This document shows, piece after piece, positions 60,381-64,000 of a DNA stretch of 64,000 nt. Both the position numbers and the translations under genes were made by a program. The notes beneath the pieces are model-generated. The model was not told where the DNA came from, did not search any database, and was given only the letters and a program-made list of their open reading frames with translations. The DNA comes from Scyliorhinus canicula. Lineage: Eukaryota. The stretch is taken from assembly GCF_902713615.1 (NCBI RefSeq), contig NC_052151.1, positions 118,764,123 to 118,828,122 on the forward strand, read 5' to 3'. How positions within the stretch are numbered: the first letter of the stretch is position 1; every line of letters begins with the position of its first letter.

Positions 60381-63322
60381 TTAATTTGATGACTGGGTGA
60401 ACAGAGTTTGATTGCGTTTCCTGTACAGGAACAAGGTGATCAATGAAGCAGAGATCAGAGAGACAGCTGTCACAGTTAGGGTCACGATCAGGATCACCTC
60501 AGACTCCACACCTACAAACCAATGAGAAGCCAATGGTTAGTGAAGGAAACACTGAGTGGGAAATGGAAACCAGCAGTCAGCCAACTCACCACCTGGAGAC
60601 CTCTCCTGCATCCTTCCCTCATTCACAGAGTCTGTTGCCAGGTTGGTCACATCAGTATCCAGAATGATCAGGGGTCCAAGTGAGGCCTCAGCCTCCCACT
60701 TCAATCCAACTTCACTCTCTGCAATATCAAAACATTCCAATCAGAGGTGGGGGAAAAAGAGGAAACCCCCAACATCCAAGATGATCAATGTCCTACCAGC
60801 TTCAGCTACAAGATCTCTCCTTCCTCTGGATCCAAATCGCAACTCCCTTGTGGCACAGTTACCCACATGGCAACAGGCACAAATGTCAATGCTCGATTCC
60901 TCCAATGGGGTCCAGCTAAGCAAGACAAAAATCAGTCAACCAACTGTATTGTGCATCACAACAAAAGCCCATTTGAGAGAGAGCTTACATATTCTGCATC
61001 TTCTGTAAAGTACAAGCTTTGTTCCTGGAATCTCTCCGATCCACTGGAGCTACTTTCAGGTGACAGGTGATGAAGATCTGAGGGAAACATCAACACGCCG
61101 TTATTTAATGACTCCCTCCCAACACAGACCCCAATGATCAGTTTCCTCTTACCAAGGAACGGTCATCTCCAAAGAAACGGAATGCATCCAGGTCAAACCG
61201 GAGCTTGTCCATCTCCCGATCGCCACTTGGCAACACAAAGGTTGAAAAGGAGTCCTCAGCTTGGCTGTCCAGGAGGCAACTGAAGATAGATTAAAAAGGG
61301 ACATGAAGTGAATCAAGAGGAAGCCAGAGAGATGGGAGCAGCTGGAGAAAGCAGAGAGCTCCTTACCCATTGTAGTCAATGATGCTGTATCTCGGGGTGG
61401 AGTCCTTGTCTGGGCTCAATGTAGCTACACAGCGGTCCATGTAGAGCTTCAGGGGCATGTGGTTGCTCATTGAAACAGAGGCCTCAATGTGAATGAGGTC
61501 ACCCAGGTAGTAGACAGTGGAAGTGCGCTCTGTAAGCCAGTCACCTGAAGAACAAGAGAACAAGGGTTGGAGACAGTGGGTGTCACTCCCAGTGAGTGAA
61601 GACAGGAAATCACTCCCCATCACATACCATTCATTAGGCGCAGAGAGAATGAAAGATGTCCTTCTCCAGACCTGGTGGAGCTGAATGGGATCCAGGTAGG
61701 CCTGATGGGGTTACTGCTCACATTGCCCTTCCTGGAAAGACAGCAGAGTCATTTTAGGACAACTTCAGAGAACATCAACAGCTGTGGATCTTATTGGGCA
61801 TCCAATAAAGATTCTTACCTAAAGTAACGACACTCAATGGGAACGACAGCTCCATTTGTTCTCACAATGACAGATCCATGATACTCTGGGCTGTGGGTCA
61901 GGTGGGTGGTGTAGATCAGGAAATCTCCAGACATCTGAAAGACACCAGGTTAAGGAATGAAAAACTGATCTGAAATGAGAAAGTTCTACACAGGGGTTAA
62001 CAATGAACTCACCCCATCCAATTGAAACAATTCACAGGGATTGGCAGGGTCAGCACAAAGAGGCTGCTGGGCCCCAGCTGGAATGGGGGGGGGGGTTATC
62101 TCAGGTCATGGGTCTTAATTTAGGATAAACATAGCAATGATTTTCTTCATTGAGTAGCTCATGAATCTTAGGAATTCTCTATCCCAGAGAGCTGGGAACA
62201 CTGTCAGTGGATATTCAGGACAGATGGATTTTTGGACATCAAGGGAATCAAGTTGAGGACAAGGACATGAGGGGTTGTGGAAAGTCCAGCCCTGATCTTA
62301 ATTAATGGGGTCCAGCCCTTATCTTAATGATCAGGGAAAAGGCTGGAGGGTCTCTGTGGCCTCATCTTCAAAGAGATTAGCACAAGACCAGGATCAATTA
62401 ATAGGGAATTGATTCAATAAAAGGACAGCTTCAGTTAACAGGAAAAGGAGCCACAAGTTAACAATAATATAGAGCCCGGAAATAGAAGTTTTGGTCCAGG
62501 GCCCCATTGATTCCAATGACTGGGAAAGTGAAAGTGTGGAGTTCCTCTTTTTTCCAATCCATATGAATTCCCATTTCATCCTGTTCATTAACACCCAACC
62601 CAATTGGATTAAACTGGACTGAAACTGAACCCTCAGTTCAATTGATCTGAATGAGGGGGAAATAGAGCTGAAAATCAACAAGAGGAAAAGCTCAGAGGAA
62701 CCAAAGAGAAGCTTCCAGACCAATGTGGTTGATGTCACAACAGTGAAGAGACTCAGACCAGTGGAAGCAAAGTACAATCCAGAAAAAAAAAGCTAGTATG
62801 GGGGGGTTGATGAATCAGACCACCAGTATTTCCTCTATATCAATGACATCTCACCAAGTGTTGGAATAAAGAGTGTGGAACAATCTCCAGCCTAAGCTTA
62901 GAGCCAGAGTTGAGGATTGACATTACCTGCAATTTGCTGCCACACTCATGGAGCCCATAGTCAAAGAGGACAGTGTGGTTCCGAGAGTAGATCCTGGTTG
63001 GCCGACAGCCTGCTGCCCCCAGGGTCAGGTCAGCAGCTTTAATCAGGTGCCTGGTTCCAAATAAATCCAGCTGGACCCTGACCAACAGCTTGTCCTCTGC
63101 ACACTGCACCATCACAGTCCTCAGTGGAGACACACTTTGACCCTCAGACACACGGAAATGGGAACCAAAGGGAGGAAGAGGGACTCTCTGAGGCACAGAG
63201 GTGGCTTTGACTCTGCTCCATGGAAACCTCTGGCCTCGAAACTGTTGCCAAGTATCAGAGGAACAAACAGTTCCAACTAACATCAGCACTGGGAACAAAG
63301 CCCTCACTCCAAAATCCCCCAT
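60381..63322 (-). CDS. ZP3: ZP3-like (ZPC) egg-coat glycoprotein, copy C; 9 exons, 462 aa, intact with TM helix
   Basis: Exons (minus): 63322-62927, 61934-61819, 61731-61628, 61544-61367, 61279-61153, 61077-60989, 60915-60797, 60718-60590, 60511-60381. Ends ..[38 protein letters not shown]; AATAAA at 60375-60370. Confidence 0.93.
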
Positions 63323-63365
63323 GATACCAAACAACTGAACCATCCTGTCCACCAGGGAGCAGCAC

Positions 63366-63394
63366 CTTTTATACTCACAACCTGTACTCACCTG
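63366..63394 (-). promoter_or_regulatory. ZP3 copy C core promoter: TATA box plus E-box
   Basis: TATAAAAG 63373-63366; CAGGTG 63394-63389. Confidence 0.7.
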
Positions 63395-64000
63395 AATTCC
63401 TTTGCGGTCAATCAGCTAATTATACAAAAAGAAACAAACTCAGGGACAAATTAAAAGGGGCCGCTCCTGATAGGGGCACTGTCCAAATAATAATAATATT
63501 AATCTGTCTTATTTTCACAAGTAGGCTTACAGTAACCTACTTAATGTAAGTTAATGATGTCACCATGAAATCGCCACGCTCCGGTGCCTTTTTAGGTACA
63601 CGGAGGAGGCGATTCAGAATGTCCAAAATACCTAACCGTACGTCTTTCAGGATATGTGGGGGGAAACCGGAGCACCCGGAGGAAACCCACGCAGGCATAG
63701 GGAGAACGTGCAGACTCCTAACAGACAGTGACCCAAGCCGGGAATCGAACCTGGGAACATGGTGCTGTGAAGCAACAGTGCTAACCATTGTGTTACCGTG
63801 CCGCTCCGAGACAAGACAATAGCTTACAATTACCCCTTAAACAATGATAATTAATATAGTGACATAATAACCCTTTACTGCTATCTTTATTTCCACTCAA
63901 ACAACAAAATCATCTCAGGTCACAATCCATTTTTATATACAGTTAGCACTCAGGAATGCTTGCTATATAAAGTTGGCTTGGATATTCCATGATGTGGAAA

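Larger units (their letters stand above)
39582..64000. repeat. Tandem segmental duplication unit C (runs off the window)
   Basis: Colinear with unit A from its first base to the post-ZP3 repeat. Confidence 0.9.

Noticed and set aside
1-64000. Array as a pure assembly artefact
   Set aside because: Copies differ by many substitutions and by copy-specific insertions with TSDs; real paralogs are more likely, pending read checks.

Overview
Eukaryotic (vertebrate) genomic DNA, most likely a cartilaginous fish (shark-like), inferred from V-SINE/HE1-like SINEs, CR1 and L1 LINEs and Gypsy LTR elements. The window is a head-to-tail tandem segmental duplication of three ~18-24 kb units: A ~1-18040, B ~18041-39581, C ~39582-64000+. 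Each unit carries one minus-strand, 9-exon zona pellucida sperm-binding protein 3-like (ZP3/ZPC) gene; all exons were traced by hand with GT-AG boundaries. Copy B (459 aa) and copy C (462 aa) keep the C-terminal transmembrane anchor. Copy A (471 aa) has lost it through a 1-bp frameshift in the last exon, accompanied by a 27-bp duplication that supplies a new stop codon and a second AATAAA. Units B and C also carry a decayed orphan terminal exon of PINX1, which in A was removed by a SINE-tail insertion with deletion. The rest is layered mobile DNA, many insertions being present in one copy and absent in another. Top leads: (1) the transmembrane-less ZP3 paralog, which also has a copy-specific CpG-rich MITE upstream of its promoter; (2) a Gypsy element whose primer-binding position is not tRNA-like but is a perfect 13-nt complement of its own LTR, overlapping the polyA signal; (3) the mosaic structure of copy B; (4) SINE head/tail swapping. 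Family names come from motif recognition, not database searches.
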